The notes under the pieces are model-generated. The model was not told the DNA's origin. It searched no databases and worked only from the letters and a program-made list of their open reading frames with translations. A stretch of 64,000 nucleotides of DNA from Harriotta raleighana (lineage: Eukaryota), in NCBI GenBank assembly GCA_050575255.1, contig JBNZDD010013642.1, positions 2,433,959-2,497,958 on the forward strand. Direction: 5' to 3'. A program made the translations under genes and the position numbers. Positions 36,760-49,647 of this stretch are shown piece after piece (position 1 is the first letter of the stretch; every line of letters begins with the position of its first letter).

Positions 36760-37376
36760 AGTACATATTAAAACATAAGAAATGTAAGATGGGTGAGGTT
36801 GGCAGAGGGTGAAGTTAACCAAGATCAGATCATCCTGAACTGCCTCTGATTATAGATCCTCAGTATCCAAGGCATTGCGGTCAATTTTGCGGAATTTCTT
36901 AAGGGGATTCTTTAATTAAGTTATCTGGAACTCTGTGATGCTGACACATGGGACATGATCAGTGCTCAGCACAGTGCTCCCTCAAGTTGTACTTCCAGTT
37001 ACCGAAAGGCGTCTCTACTTGGATTCTTTAATTAAGGAATTCCATTAGGAAATCCTGCAGAATTCACTCGTCGTCCATTGTTTGCGCATTCAGTTTCCCC
37101 ATCAATGACACCAGAAATAATTCTCTCACATTCACCAAACATTATTCAGACTCGGATGCAGACAGAAAATCATGTTTGATGTTTTTGTATTGCCGTTTGC
37201 TGGAGAGAGGTTCTCTTAACGAGGGCGATTAGCAAATCTTTGCTGAGGATAATAAAGGAGAATTGAGGTCTCTCTCACTCATCTATAGTAGAAACACTTG
37301 TCATGATTGAATTAAGTTACGTTATCCTCCAAATTCACATTTTACATTCTACTCCTTTCTGAAATGTATTCCCTTA

Positions 37377-37650
37377 CGAATCCAGGCAGATCAGGGCGAA
37401 ACCTTGGGCAAGTTTCCTTACTCCACATGTCTAATAATAATCCCTCCAAAAAAACCACAATAATAAAATTGGTCATTTCAATCCATGACTGTTTGTGGGA
37501 CACTGCTGTGCGCAATTAGCTGCCGCATTCTGCCTACAAATATACAGTCAATTCACTTTACAGTATATTCAGTGAAGCGTTTTGGACTTAAGATGTGAAT
37601 AAGATAAGATGTGAAATGCGCTATATCAAATGCAAGGATTATTATTATTA
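37377..37650 (+). mobile_element. 5'-truncated young SINE
   Basis: Starts at CGAATCCAGGCAGATCAGGGCGAAACC, with core and tail intact. Confidence 0.9.
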
Positions 37651-38589
37651 TATCTAATGGATTTTATGTAACATAATAAATTTTGGGGGGAAAAAACATA
37701 TAAAAGCAAATTGTTAGTCTTTTTGGAAATTTATTATGAATTTCTAATTCATTTAATTATTCAAAAAATCATTTATTCTCATATTTAAAAGAGGGAACCC
37801 TCTCGCAAGTGATATAGTATTGAATTGGAATTTATTTTCATACCATATGCCTCTGAGACACCATTCACCGTGGAAGGTGCTATATAAATCCAAGTTGTTG
37901 TTGTTTATACAACATGCAGGCATCATGTAAGTGCTTTAATTACCAGCACAGACACAATTGGCCAAATGGCCATCTCCTGGCCATGTGCTGTAAAATGTTA
38001 TGATTCTAAGGTAAGAGTACAAAAATAGAATGTTACAAGTGCTGAATATGTTCTTGAAGGCTGTCTCCATAATTTCCATCCATGTATTTTCTTGAATTAC
38101 CCATAACATGTGGAAAATAATTTCAATAAAGAATACTACATCTAGTGATGTGAATCCTGCCATTTTCTGATAAATCCAGAATGGTAACAGAAGAACTAAT
38201 CATAAAATCAAATTGTACAGAGATTTCCATTGATTTTAAAGTTTGAAAGTAATGTTTTCCAACTCATGGATAAATAGGAAACATAATTTGATAGAAAGTC
38301 AATTTTATAATTCTTGTTTTGAAATATAGTATACAACCTAAAATAAAGCTTGTATTTGATATAGTGTCTTATCTCTCCATGGCTGCTTGTGGGACTTTGC
38401 TGTGTGCAACTGGTTTCTGCATTTGGCCCACAAGATACAGTTAATCCATTTTACAATATGAAGCGTTTGAGACCACTTTATAAGGAGCCATATCAAATCC
38501 AAGGATTTTAAAAAATTATTATCATGTCATCTAACTGCCTCAAAATTCTTCACAGAATTTACAAGATGTAAAGTGTAGTGAATGTATTT

Positions 38590-38787
38590 TTTAACATCTA
38601 CCACCAGAACAGGCAGTCGGGACCTCGACTTAAGGAATTATCTAAAGGAAAGTACCTCTGACAATGAAGCATATCCAAAGCCTTGCACTGGAGTTTTAGT
38701 CGATTATGATTCCAAAGTCCTTATGCCTCAACCCATAAACTTCTGACTAAGAGGCGCGAGTGCTAAAAACTGAGCCAAGCTGACACC
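38590..38787 (-). mobile_element. Older Deu-type SINE 5' part
   Basis: Minus-strand head GGTGTCAGCTTGGCTCAGTTTTTAGCACTCGCGCCTCTTAGTCAGAAG. Confidence 0.6.
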
Positions 38788-41699
38788 TGTGTTCATATTT
38801 TACCATATGCCATGTTGAACAGAACATTTTGACAGTGGCATCCAATATGTGATTTGATGATTTGACTGAATAATGTAATATAATCTCTGGCAGTTTGTAT
38901 ATGTACAATATAATATCGCTCACTTCAACTTGATTAACTAAATTAGAGTGCATAATTTTCTAGGACCCAAGTTGAGATATTTTAACAATGTGAAATAAAT
39001 TACTTCATAATCAATATATATATATAAAAAACAAGTATATAATGCCATGGTCAGTTTCCTTTTAAAATGTAATTAGTGTTTGACATTCCCAGTAAAATTG
39101 ATTCTCAATGAATCTAGTGATGAGTAATGCACATTAGGAGTGGGTTATTCACTAATGTAGCTCATCGGTTTTGTTTATCACAGCTATAGAATTAAAATGA
39201 AGATTCAGAAATAGTAAGTAGGGTGAAAATTCCTGTGTATTTTATTTGTGTTTGATTGTTAGCTTCTCCACATGTTGTACAATGACTATAATGATGGAAC
39301 TTCCACCCTGTAATAAATAGGTACTTGAAAAGGAAGCCGTATTACTTATTCAATATGGTCAAGAGGTCTGCAACAAGGGGTCAATGTCTTAACTTCGAAG
39401 GAGAAGGATGAATCGACCATTTGGATTGAACTATTTTATGTAGAGGGCGGTTAACGTAAGGAACATTTTCTCCAGGGAAATGGGGTAAAGTGGATTTGTG
39501 GACAATTTCAAGAGGGAATTGGATAGGTTACTGATGACAAGAGGGGATTGAGGCTGGGGGAAGAGAATTATATGTGAATTCGGAAGAGATGACATTTGAA
39601 AATGACACCAGCCAGAAGGAGTGATCTATTCTGCCCTTGCATAGTCCTATGTTCCTGTGACTTTGTCTGTCTATATTTCAAATCATTTTTTTAACAAACT
39701 TGTTTAAATTCAAGGTGAATCAGGCTTCTCAGTGTGCATAATTTCACATTTTGTTAACAGGTGGGCTACTTGTTTGGAGTGATCTCAAAACATATTGATG
39801 CTCACTTTATAGGCACAGCTAAGCTTAAGATTAGTTTATGTGAAAAATATACTAAATCTAAATTCTAATCCAGTTATGTCTAACACGAGGTCATTGTTAA
39901 ATAAGAGAAAATTTCACAGAACATTGTCCATGCTCGCAGCTACATATGTATACAATATCCTGTAAATTATTTGTAATCCTTCCTCTTCGTTTATAGTACT
40001 TATTAGTGAGCCATCCCTAAAGAGGCTTACAAATGACCAGAGAGTATGTGAAAATGTGTATGTGTGTGTGTGTGTGTGGCAATATTGTTACAACTTTCCA
40101 TATTGATCAGAATTTTCTCATGTTCCTTGCCATAAAAGATGCCCAATGCTGCATATTTTTTGTTTGGAGTTACAGAGACATTATTTGAATTTTAGCTTTG
40201 TTTACCCATTAATAACATCCTGTACACTGTTCTGTCAGCTGTGGTGTGACTCTTATGGTAACAGTCAGCTGGTGTGACCACAGCTGACTGTTGCCACAAG
40301 AATAAAACAATAATTTTCCTGCGATTAGTTACAGGCCATTGTGCATTCAGAGTTTAGTCTCGATTGTAGCCTTGTTATCATATTACAACTACTGATATGG
40401 GTTATGGATTGCATTGTACTGCAATCGTAGGGATATTCTTGGTGACTATAATTTTGCCTGCAAATTCTTTTGAGTTTTTTAACATGACAAGGTTAAAGTA
40501 ATGCTTAACTTGTTCGAGTTAAGGGGTTGATTTATTGACATGAGCAACTATTGCCCCAAGCCTGAGTTAGAGGCATGGCATTTCATTGCTTTATATTTTG
40601 CAATACATTTTCTAAACGAATATGGTGTAATATTGTCATGACATCAGCCTTCCAATCACCATTGCTAAAAAAAAAAGAAATTGAAGCTTGCTCCTAAAAA
40701 TGATTCTAAATGCTGTATTTCCCTATGAAGACATCATGGAAAGAGTTTTAGCATGGCAGCAGATATGGCATGCGCTGCGTCTGGAAAATTTCCGGGTAGG
40801 CAATGTGACATCTATTAAATGGATGTTCGGGAAGCAACAATTCCTGGCTGGTTCAGGACCTAAGCTCATATGAAACCTGGCCTGGATGGTGGCCCCATTT
40901 AATGCAGGTGATGATTGCAACAGGATGTGATGGGACAGACCCAACTGTTCTCTCACCCCTCCGATCGGCCAGGCACATTGCTTGCGCTGAGGCGACACCA
41001 AGGACCCCTGGGGCTGAAAATGTAATCAGACTGCTCCTCCATCCACGCATAACAGATTTCAATACAAAATAAGGATACTATCAGATGAGAAAGATTTGAA
41101 GCAATTAATATTAAACAAAAAATGTGAAGGTAATTTTTTTAACCCAATTTTTTATTACATAAAGAAAGACCTCATAACTGTTATTTTATTTCCATTTCAT
41201 TTTTTAACATAATTAGCTGCAGAAAACATTGTGACAAAATACCCCGCAAAATGAGGATGGAGGGGGAGAAGATATAAAGTTATGACATTTATAAACTGTG
41301 TCACCAACCTCTATCCTTCAATTAAACACGTTGCATTATCACTGCTTGTCAAATCACCCAAGTCAATGCAGTAGTGTGTCATAGCATATGATTCAGTTGT
41401 GGGAGCGCATGTCCTGTCCATCATAATATTACTTGTGATATGAAAAGAAAAGTTGGAAAAATGGGAGAAAGGATAATCAAAAAGTTACTAATTTTTTAAT
41501 TGTTTGTACTGTACTTCTAAATAAATGACACTGTCCCGAGTACATTCCAAGGCAGTATTGAATGTCAAGTTTGAGATAATGTTAATTAACCACTTGAGTT
41601 TTGCTAGTGCATTTTATGTCTTCTTTTCAGCTTCTCTATGAATTATTGCCATGCAAGGCACTGCATGTTGTCTTACATTTAAAATGAAACAATGAGACT

Positions 41700-42428
41700 T
41701 TATTTCATTGATATTTCCTTTTATTTTTTATTTTTTATTTCCTTTTTCTTCTTCCCTCTCTCCCTTTCCCCCCTTCCCTCCCTCGTCCCTCTTGCCCCCC
41801 TTTCTCCCCATTTCTTCCTGAGTTTGCCTCCCACCCACCTTTCCCTCCCTCTTCCCACCATTTCTCCCTCCTTGTCCTCCCTGATTTCCCCCTTGTCCCC
41901 CTTTCTCCACCCTTTTTCCTCCCTGATTTTGCCCCACCCGCTTTTCCCTCCGTCTTCCCCTTGCCATCTTTTCCCCCTTTCCCCCCGGCCCCATTTCCGT
42001 GTCTGTTTGTGGGACACTGCTGTGCGCAATTTGGCTGCTGCGTTTTGCCCCCAAATATACACCTGGTTTCTCTTCCCCCTACCCCGAACCCTCCCCTTAC
42101 CCTCTTTCCCCCTTTCATCCCTGGCCCCCTCACTTCCACGACTGTTTTTGGGACACTGCTGTGCGCGATTTAGCTGGCGCGTTTCGCCCACAAATATACA
42201 GTCAATTTTCCTAATCCTTCCCGTTACCACGACCCCTCCCACCCCTGCTTTGGTCCCTACCCTTTTCTCTCCTTTCTTTCCCCTTTTTTCTCCCTACCCA
42301 GACCTCTCTCCCCCCCTCCCCCCCGCTCTGGTCCCTACTTTGGGACACTGTCGTATTCTGAAAAGCGCTTTGGGACGTCGATAAGATATGGAAAGCGCTA
42401 TATAAATTAAAGTATTATTATTATTATT
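41700..42428 (+). repeat. Polypyrimidine low-complexity tract with three interleaved SINE-core pieces
   Basis: GGGACACTG core at ~42011, ~42150 and ~42341 within C/T-rich sequence. Confidence 0.75.
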
Positions 42429-43461
42429 GTTGATGGGTTGACACATAAGCATACATGCAGATGCTTTGTTTCGAGAACTCGATGAGAAGAAATTTTACAA
42501 GTTGGGTGAAGATAGAATCTACAATAAAGTAGAAAAAAGTCTTATTTTAGAAGTGATGAGGTTTGTCATTATCGTTTACTAGACGTGACAATATGTAAAC
42601 AATAGGTTTATTGATAAGATATTTTGGGCCATTTTTGATGTTGCTGAGGCTGGTCATTAGCATCCATATTATTTGCTATTTCTGTGTTTTATCTTCATCA
42701 ACTGGTGACAATGTGCCATATCCCCCATTATTCTCTGGTGTTACAATCCATTCAATTACTGTTTCTTCAATACATCACAGCACAGCTTTTCACAAAATGT
42801 AAGCATACACAATCTGTACAATAAAATCTTGCACTATCCTGGTCATGTCCCTACGCAATATAAAACATAAGACTGACTCAGCACAATTTCCCCTTTGCTG
42901 TAAACTAATTTCATTCTATTGTTTAATCTCTTCCTTCCATTCCCCCCAAACCAACACCAAAGAATATATCACAAACAGAATTATTGAAAATTTTGAGTGG
43001 TTTCAAAAACAAAGCTATCGATTGCACTTCTAACCGTCTTCATAATTTCCATCAATATAAAAAAAGGATTACTCCAAGTAAAAAGTGATCTTTGGCACTT
43101 TTTAAAACATATACCAACAAAGCTACTTTATAAATCGGTGGACCTGAAAGGATGAATTTTAATCTAGAATCTATGAGGTTTGAGTCCACACTGGAGACAG
43201 GTGTTGTGGAAAGAAACGTGGCTGTAAAAATGAGTAGTTGCAAGTATAGTCAAAGGCAAAGAGGAGCCGGGCAATATTGAATGTGAACAGGACAAGTGGA
43301 CTAACTGGCAAAGGGGTGTGTGGTGGGTGAAAGGGTTGTGGGGGGGTGGGTGATGGGGAGTGAATTGAGGGTGAAAACAGGAGCAGAACTTTTCCTGGAC
43401 TGGCATTTCTGGAAGTGGAATGGAGTGACAGAGAATCAATGTGTTGGGATGCAAGGGTAAA

Positions 43462-44300
43462 AACAACAACAACAACAAGATTGCATTTATAGAACGCGTT
43501 TCACATCGGGAGGACGTTCCAAGGCGCTGGACATTTGGTTTAGGACCCGNAACAACAAGATTGCATTTAACAACAACAAGAGCGCGTTTCACGTCAGGAG
43601 GACGTCCCAAGATGCTGGACAGTTGGTTTAGGATCCGAGCAGGGGGAAATGATCAGGGCGAGGGGAGGGGAGGGAGGGAGCGAGGAGGGGGTAGAGAGTC
43701 GAGAGGGGAGCTGAAGGCACGGTCGAAGAGAAAGATCTTGAGACTGGCCTTGAAAGAGGAAAGGGAGGAAGCGAGGCGAAGGCACTGGGAGATCAAGTTC
43801 CAGAGCCTGGGGGCTGAATGGCTGAAAGCCCGGCCGCCGATGGTAGGGCGGTTAGGGCAGGGGATGTGGAGCAGACCAGAGCCAGAGGAACGGAGGGTAC
43901 GGGCAGGTAGATAGGGGGATAGTAGGTCGGAGAGGTAGGAGGGAGCAAGGCCATGGATGGCCTTGTAGGTAAGGATGAGGATCTTGAATTCGATCCTCTG
44001 GGGGATGGGGAGCCAGTGGAGACGGGCGAGGGTGGGAGTGATGTGGTCGTGAAGCCTGGTGCGGGAGAGTACACGAGCTGCAGAGTTCTGGATGACCTGC
44101 AGCTTGTGGATGGAGGAGCCGGGAAGCCCTATGAGGAGAGAGTTCCCATAGTCCAGGCTTGAGGTGATGAAAGCATGAACTAGTGTTTCAGCAGTGTGAG
44201 GGGTGAGGCAGTGTCGTAGTCTGGCAATGTTCCGGAGGTGGTGGAAGGCAGTGCTAGTTGTGGCGCGGTTGTGGGGGAGAAAGGACAGCTCAGGGTCAAA
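43462..44300 (-). mobile_element. L2 LINE 3' fragment (ORF2 C-terminus and tail); tail duplicated across the N at 43550
   Basis: Minus-strand frame gives the typical L2 end (AFITSSLDYGNSLLIGLP...KLQVIQNSAARVL...HITPTLARLHWLPIPQRIEFKILILTYKAIHGLAP), with a (TTG)n tail. Confidence 0.9.
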
Positions 44301-44648
44301 ATGGTTGATGCCTGGAAAATTTTAAATTAAAAAAAAATGGAAAATGCTGGAAACATACAGGACCTGAAGGGGAGAGGCAAGATAATGTTTTCATTATATA
44401 TATATATATATATAATGTATAGATAATAATCATCCTTGCATTTGATATAGGGCCTTATCATGTCTCAAAGCACTCCACAGGATATACTGTAAAGTGAATT
44501 GACTGCATAATTTGTGGGCATTCACAGATTTTATTTTCATCTCAGTTATTTAAGAAAACTTAGTCAAGGCTGAAACTTGATTAAAAATGTAGTCACTGGT
44601 TTTCTTTCACACCCTTCCACCCCCATTCCCTCCCACCCGTTCTATCAG

Positions 44649-44796
44649 ATCTGCAATGGAGGAGGATGTACGCTAAGTAAAGCTAGCATTGCCAGGACTG
44701 AAGAGAGCAGCCCAGAAAATGTTCCTGTTCCCTACATCAAGTCTTATTCCTCTGATTCCTTTAACATCTCGTGGACAGAACCAGAGTTCTCAAATG
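44649..44796 (+). CDS. USH2A: Usherin exon (exon-35 equivalent)
   Basis: C/T-rich tract ending TCTATCAG, G|GTGAGT donor, 148 nt, phase 0-1. Encodes ICNGGGCTLSKASIARTEESSPENVPVPYIKSYSSDSFNISWTEPEFSN. Confidence 0.95.
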
Positions 44797-47700
44797 GTGA
44801 GTGAATTTTCGTTTCCTTGCCTGAAGTAAAAAACATGATTAGTAAAAGGTAAATTAATATTCTCGATGACAACTTATATGTGGCACTTAATTTTTAATGA
44901 TCATTTTAGCACATAAAAAACTCCTGAGATAGCATCATTTTATATAGCTTAGAGATTGCAGTCATTTGGAGTATGGTGTTTAAGTGGCTCAAAAGTGCTC
45001 CCTTTTGACTGTTGTGGAGAACTACATCTAAGAGATACGTGTGTGTGTGTGTGTTTGCGCATGTGTGTGCATGCGTGTGTGTTTGTGTGTTCTTTCAGTT
45101 TGACTTTCCATATCCGTTGTGTGCACAAATTCAATGTTTATATTTTGTGTTCAAAATATTGAGTCCGGTTGGTATTAGATTGAAATAGCATCTCACTACT
45201 TAAGTTAAACATTCTAAAGCACAGATTGAATACAAATATTAATTTAAGGGGATTGGGGATGGGGGGGGAGGGGGAGGGCTTGTTTCACCAAATTCAGAAA
45301 TTATGTGAATATGGCAAATGTAGCATATTTTTGATGAGAGATAAATAATGTAAGTAAGTAAGTACAACAGTAGAAACAAATTATATCACAATAATAGCTG
45401 AGATTAAAGAGGCAAACAAAGCTTCAAGTCCTTGATGTCCTATTAGAAAGTTATAAGTTTTCACTCCCAGGCCTTCTTGTCATTCCGACTTTCCACAGTT
45501 GGATGAGTTTTGTGAAATTTTAGCCAGGTTGCTAGGTGGAGTACCACACTGATGCTAGCCATTCCATCTGTGTATGTGTTGTGGGGAAAGAAGTCGATGG
45601 TTCTGAGGGGGGATGGAAAAGAGAGGAAATGTTACATGGAAAAAATACATGGGTGATTTAATTAGAATTGCGCTTCTTGCTGGAAATCAAGGAGTGGTCT
45701 ACAGGCATTGACAGTTCAGGCTTTCTGAAACAAAAATTGAGCTAAAGGCTTCAAAAAGTAATGTAATAAACCTTGCTTTTGATGTAGTGCCTTATCTTGC
45801 TGTTGAGACGTCTCAAAAGCACTTCATAGGATTTTACTGTCAAGTGTCGTGACTGTGTATTTGGGGACAAATTTTTGTTTGATGATTCCTTTGTTTAGAT
45901 TGGGGATAAGGTAGGGCATTGGGATTCAATGAACACCTTGTTGTAAAAGCTGATACAAAATCAATAGGATGAACAGCCTTTACATTTCTACGATTCTAAT
46001 CCTTTGGTTTTCCATCTTCATTCCCTGCTGGTCCAGGTAAGAACAGGCATCCCTGAATGTGCCATTGCACAAACCAAACTGCACCCTACCATTCCCTCAG
46101 TATGCCAACGTACAAATTTTTACAATCATTACATTTGTGTTGATAAAATATATACAGATTTGATATCTTCAAGAGTAAGGAACTGTAACAAATAACCCTA
46201 AGCGAAATATCAAAAATGAAGTCCAATTTAAAACGAGCACTGATGAGTTCAAGGTAAATATTAGGTACAATATCTCTGAAAACGGTTCACTATTATTCTG
46301 GAAGGCATGTGTTACAATAATTCACAATAGAATACGCAACACATGGCTATATTGTAGGAAAACTATATCCTAGTCACTTGGAATTTATCAATAAAGTTCC
46401 TCAAAATTTCTATCAGTGAAGCTGGGCTGACAAGTTTTTTTTTGCTGTATTTTGTGCCATCAATTTCCTTGACGAGAGTGGATTTCTTTGACGAAGAAAA
46501 CAAATACAATGAAGATTTAATTCATTTAGCCAATAAATTCTGGCCAGTGTTTGAAATAATTTATTATGTGATTCGGGGAATTTAAAGATAAATTCCAAAA
46601 CTGTGCCTTACTCTTCAAGATATCAACTCTGTATATTTTTTCAAAGTGATTGTTGAGCTCAGTATGTATGGCATACTGATGGAATGATAGGATATAAAAT
46701 AACTCTTGCAATGGTGCATACAAAAATTCCTGATCTTTTTCCTGGAGTCTGGACCAGCAGGGAGCAAACTGGAAAAACACAAAGAGTAATAATATACTGT
46801 AGTACAAATATAGATATAGAACTGCTACTTGTACACATCTGTTGGAAAAGTACAGGATTAATATCCCAGAACTAAATTCCTATTATGTTACAATGGATTT
46901 GAAACCTTACCTCCACAATCCTACTGCGGTATATAAATAGAATAAACTGAATTGTCAGTATCCAAGACAATTCAGATTTTCCACTGGCCCCTTATTACCG
47001 AAGGATATGTTATCAACTGACGCATGATAGAAGCATTGTGTACATGTGGTGGCATTAAAGAAGGATGGCATTGATCTGACAATCTGTCTATAAGTGTGGA
47101 AAGGATGATTGTTTGATATTGATGCAAGATGCAATATTATAATGCCAAAATAATCCCTTCGCTTTCAATGCAATCATGTAAAGTGAAAGAAGCATCTTGT
47201 CGACACGTTCAACAAATACTTAAATTTGGAAGTGAGCATATTATGGTAGAATTTGTAAACTTTACAAGAATAACAAACTTCTGGTAGATAACAGCAGTGG
47301 ATTTGTAAAGTAGCAATTTAAGAGTTGAATAATTGTTGATCCTCAATACCGTCAAGGTACTTTGTAACAGGTGCTGGAAAGGCATCAGAGGCAAACACTG
47401 GTAAATGATAGATAAATATTTAAACATAAAATGATAATATCTGGATATAGAGACCGATCAGATTGATATTAATATGAAAGCATGATTTTAGGCCAAAGAA
47501 ACCTGACATCCTCCTGACGTGAAAGACTCTATACAAATATAATTTTCTTGTTGTTATTCTTTAATCTTATTTAATATATATTAATCTCACTTTCATTTAG
47601 AAACTTTTTTCCCCCAAAAAAGTTAATATTGCAAAAATACACAAAAGTAGTAATTTGCAATAATTTTTTTTAAAAAAACAGCCGTTGTCATTTTCTCTCA

Positions 47701-48299
47701 GGAACCCAAATTCTCATTTTTCTGTAGACTTGTGGAAGTTTTATAATTAAGAATTGTTCAATTTTAAACAAGCAATAGAACAAGTTTTACAATAACCAAC
47801 TCTGCTCAATCAGTTATATTTTTGTGTGAATTCCTCATGGTCACTAACACAAGCACTATTCAAGACCTCCAATGAACATAACTAGAAACAAATGTAACTA
47901 TTGCTTATTTAATATATTAATCTAATTCTGTAGAAAAGAATGGGATACCCAGGAGTGATTTGGAAGTGATAATCTAATTGAGTAGTTCAGATGACATTTC
48001 AAACCACAGGGGCACAGCTCAAAGTGTTTCTGATCAACTGAACCCTGAGAAAACACTACTTGCTGGTATTTACTCCCGAGTATCAAATACTTTTTAATCA
48101 TTTGTATTGTGGTTGAAGAAGATCTTGCTTTTATTTCTTAGTTTCATTTTTATCAGTTGCTGGGGCCCCAATCAGCTGATATGCATGAAAAATTGGGGCT
48201 AGCGATAGAAACACAATGAGTTTAACAAGTCAGAACATTCACTTTTACGCCCCTCAAGAAAACAGTAACTATGCCACTTTTTCTTTTTTTTGTCTAAAG

Positions 48300-48454
48300 G
48301 TGTCATCTTAAGCTACAGACTGTTTATGAATGGCCTGTTGCTGGAAAATTCCTCCTCGTTATTTAGCTTCTACATTAGTGATCTGACGCCATGGAGCCTA
48401 CACACCTTTCGAGTTCAGGCTTGTACAGCAAAGGGCTGTGCATTAGGTCCCTCG
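48300..48454 (+). CDS. USH2A: Usherin exon (exon-36 equivalent)
   Basis: Poly-T tract and CTAAAG acceptor, |GTAAGT donor, 155 nt, phase 1-0. Encodes GVILSYRLFMNGLLLENSSSLFSFYISDLTPWSLHTFRVQACTAKGCALGPS. Confidence 0.95.
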
Positions 48455-49214
48455 GTAAGTACCTCAGTGTAAATCTATTTAGTGCACAGAATGTCATGCT
48501 GCTGTGGATAACCATGGAATGAGGATTCATATTGGTAAAATTAGACCATCTGGCGAACTGTGACATTTCATCAAATGTCACTTCAAAATTTCTTGAAGAA
48601 CAGTTACCATCTCGGACACTGGACACCCCCCGACGTGAAAGACCATTCACAATATAATTTTGTTGTTCCAAATGTGTTCTTTATCTGTAATATGTACAGT
48701 AACCTGGATTTAATTTTTTTCCTAGTGTTATATTTATATGTAATGTTTTTAATTTTAACTACTGTATTAACAACATATTAATAATAATCCTTACATTTGA
48801 TACAGAGACTTCTTATAGCGCATCTTAGAATATACTGTATAATTTTGTATGTTTTGTGAGTAAAATGCAGATAAAGGATTACAAAGTGAAATGCATGCCT
48901 TTTCATAACTCATTGAGTGCCATTAATATGTATACCCACACTCATGTTGAGCAGGAATTAATCTTTTAGCCTATCATTATTGTCCTTAAATTTTCTGCAA
49001 TTGAAAGGAACAGCATCAGAAATTGATGTATCTTTTGGGAGCACAAACAAGCAGCCCCCGTATTAAAAATGGGTTGTGGAATGTATTAGAATGTGAAAGA
49101 ATAAAAAACAGATGTTAAAGTTGCTGATAGAGGGGGAAGTAATAATAGTTTGACAAAAAACATTTCCAGAAATTTCCAGGATAAAAGAATACCATGCGGA
49201 GGCATTTTTGAGAG

Positions 49215-49647
49215 GATAGAATTCAAGATTCCCATCTTCACATTCAAAGCCCTCTACGCCCTTGCCCCCTCCTACCTCTCTGACCTACTGACCCCTTATC
49301 AACCTGTCCGCTCCCTCTGTTCAGTGGGCTCTGACTTACTCCATGTTTCCCGCTCAACCCGCCCTCCCATTGATGGCCGGGGTTTCAGCCTCTCTGCCCT
49401 TACACTTTGGAACTCCATCCCACAATCCCTTCACCTTCCTTCCTCCCTTGTCTCCTTCAAGGCCCTCCTAAAAACCCTCCTTTTTGACTGTGCCTTCAGC
49501 CGCCCTCCTATCTCTCTGCCTTCCCTCATCCCAACCCTGCCCCCCATCCCCATTTCCTCCTGCTCGGATCTTGATACCCGACCATTCAGCGCTTTGGGAC
49601 ATCCTCCCAACCTGAAAAGTGCGCTGCAAATGTGATTTTGTTGTTGT
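49215..49647 (+). mobile_element. L2 LINE 3' fragment
   Basis: RIEFKIPIFTFKALYALAPSYLSDLL...LWNSIP...FKALLKTLLF, followed by the GGGACATCCTCCCAACCTGAAAAGTGCGCT tail and (TTG)n. Confidence 0.9.

Noticed and set aside
41692-42384. 230-aa Pro/Leu/Ser-rich ORF and Gly/Arg/Lys-rich antisense ORFs
   Set aside because: Low-complexity pyrimidine sequence lacks stop codons by composition. No domain signal.
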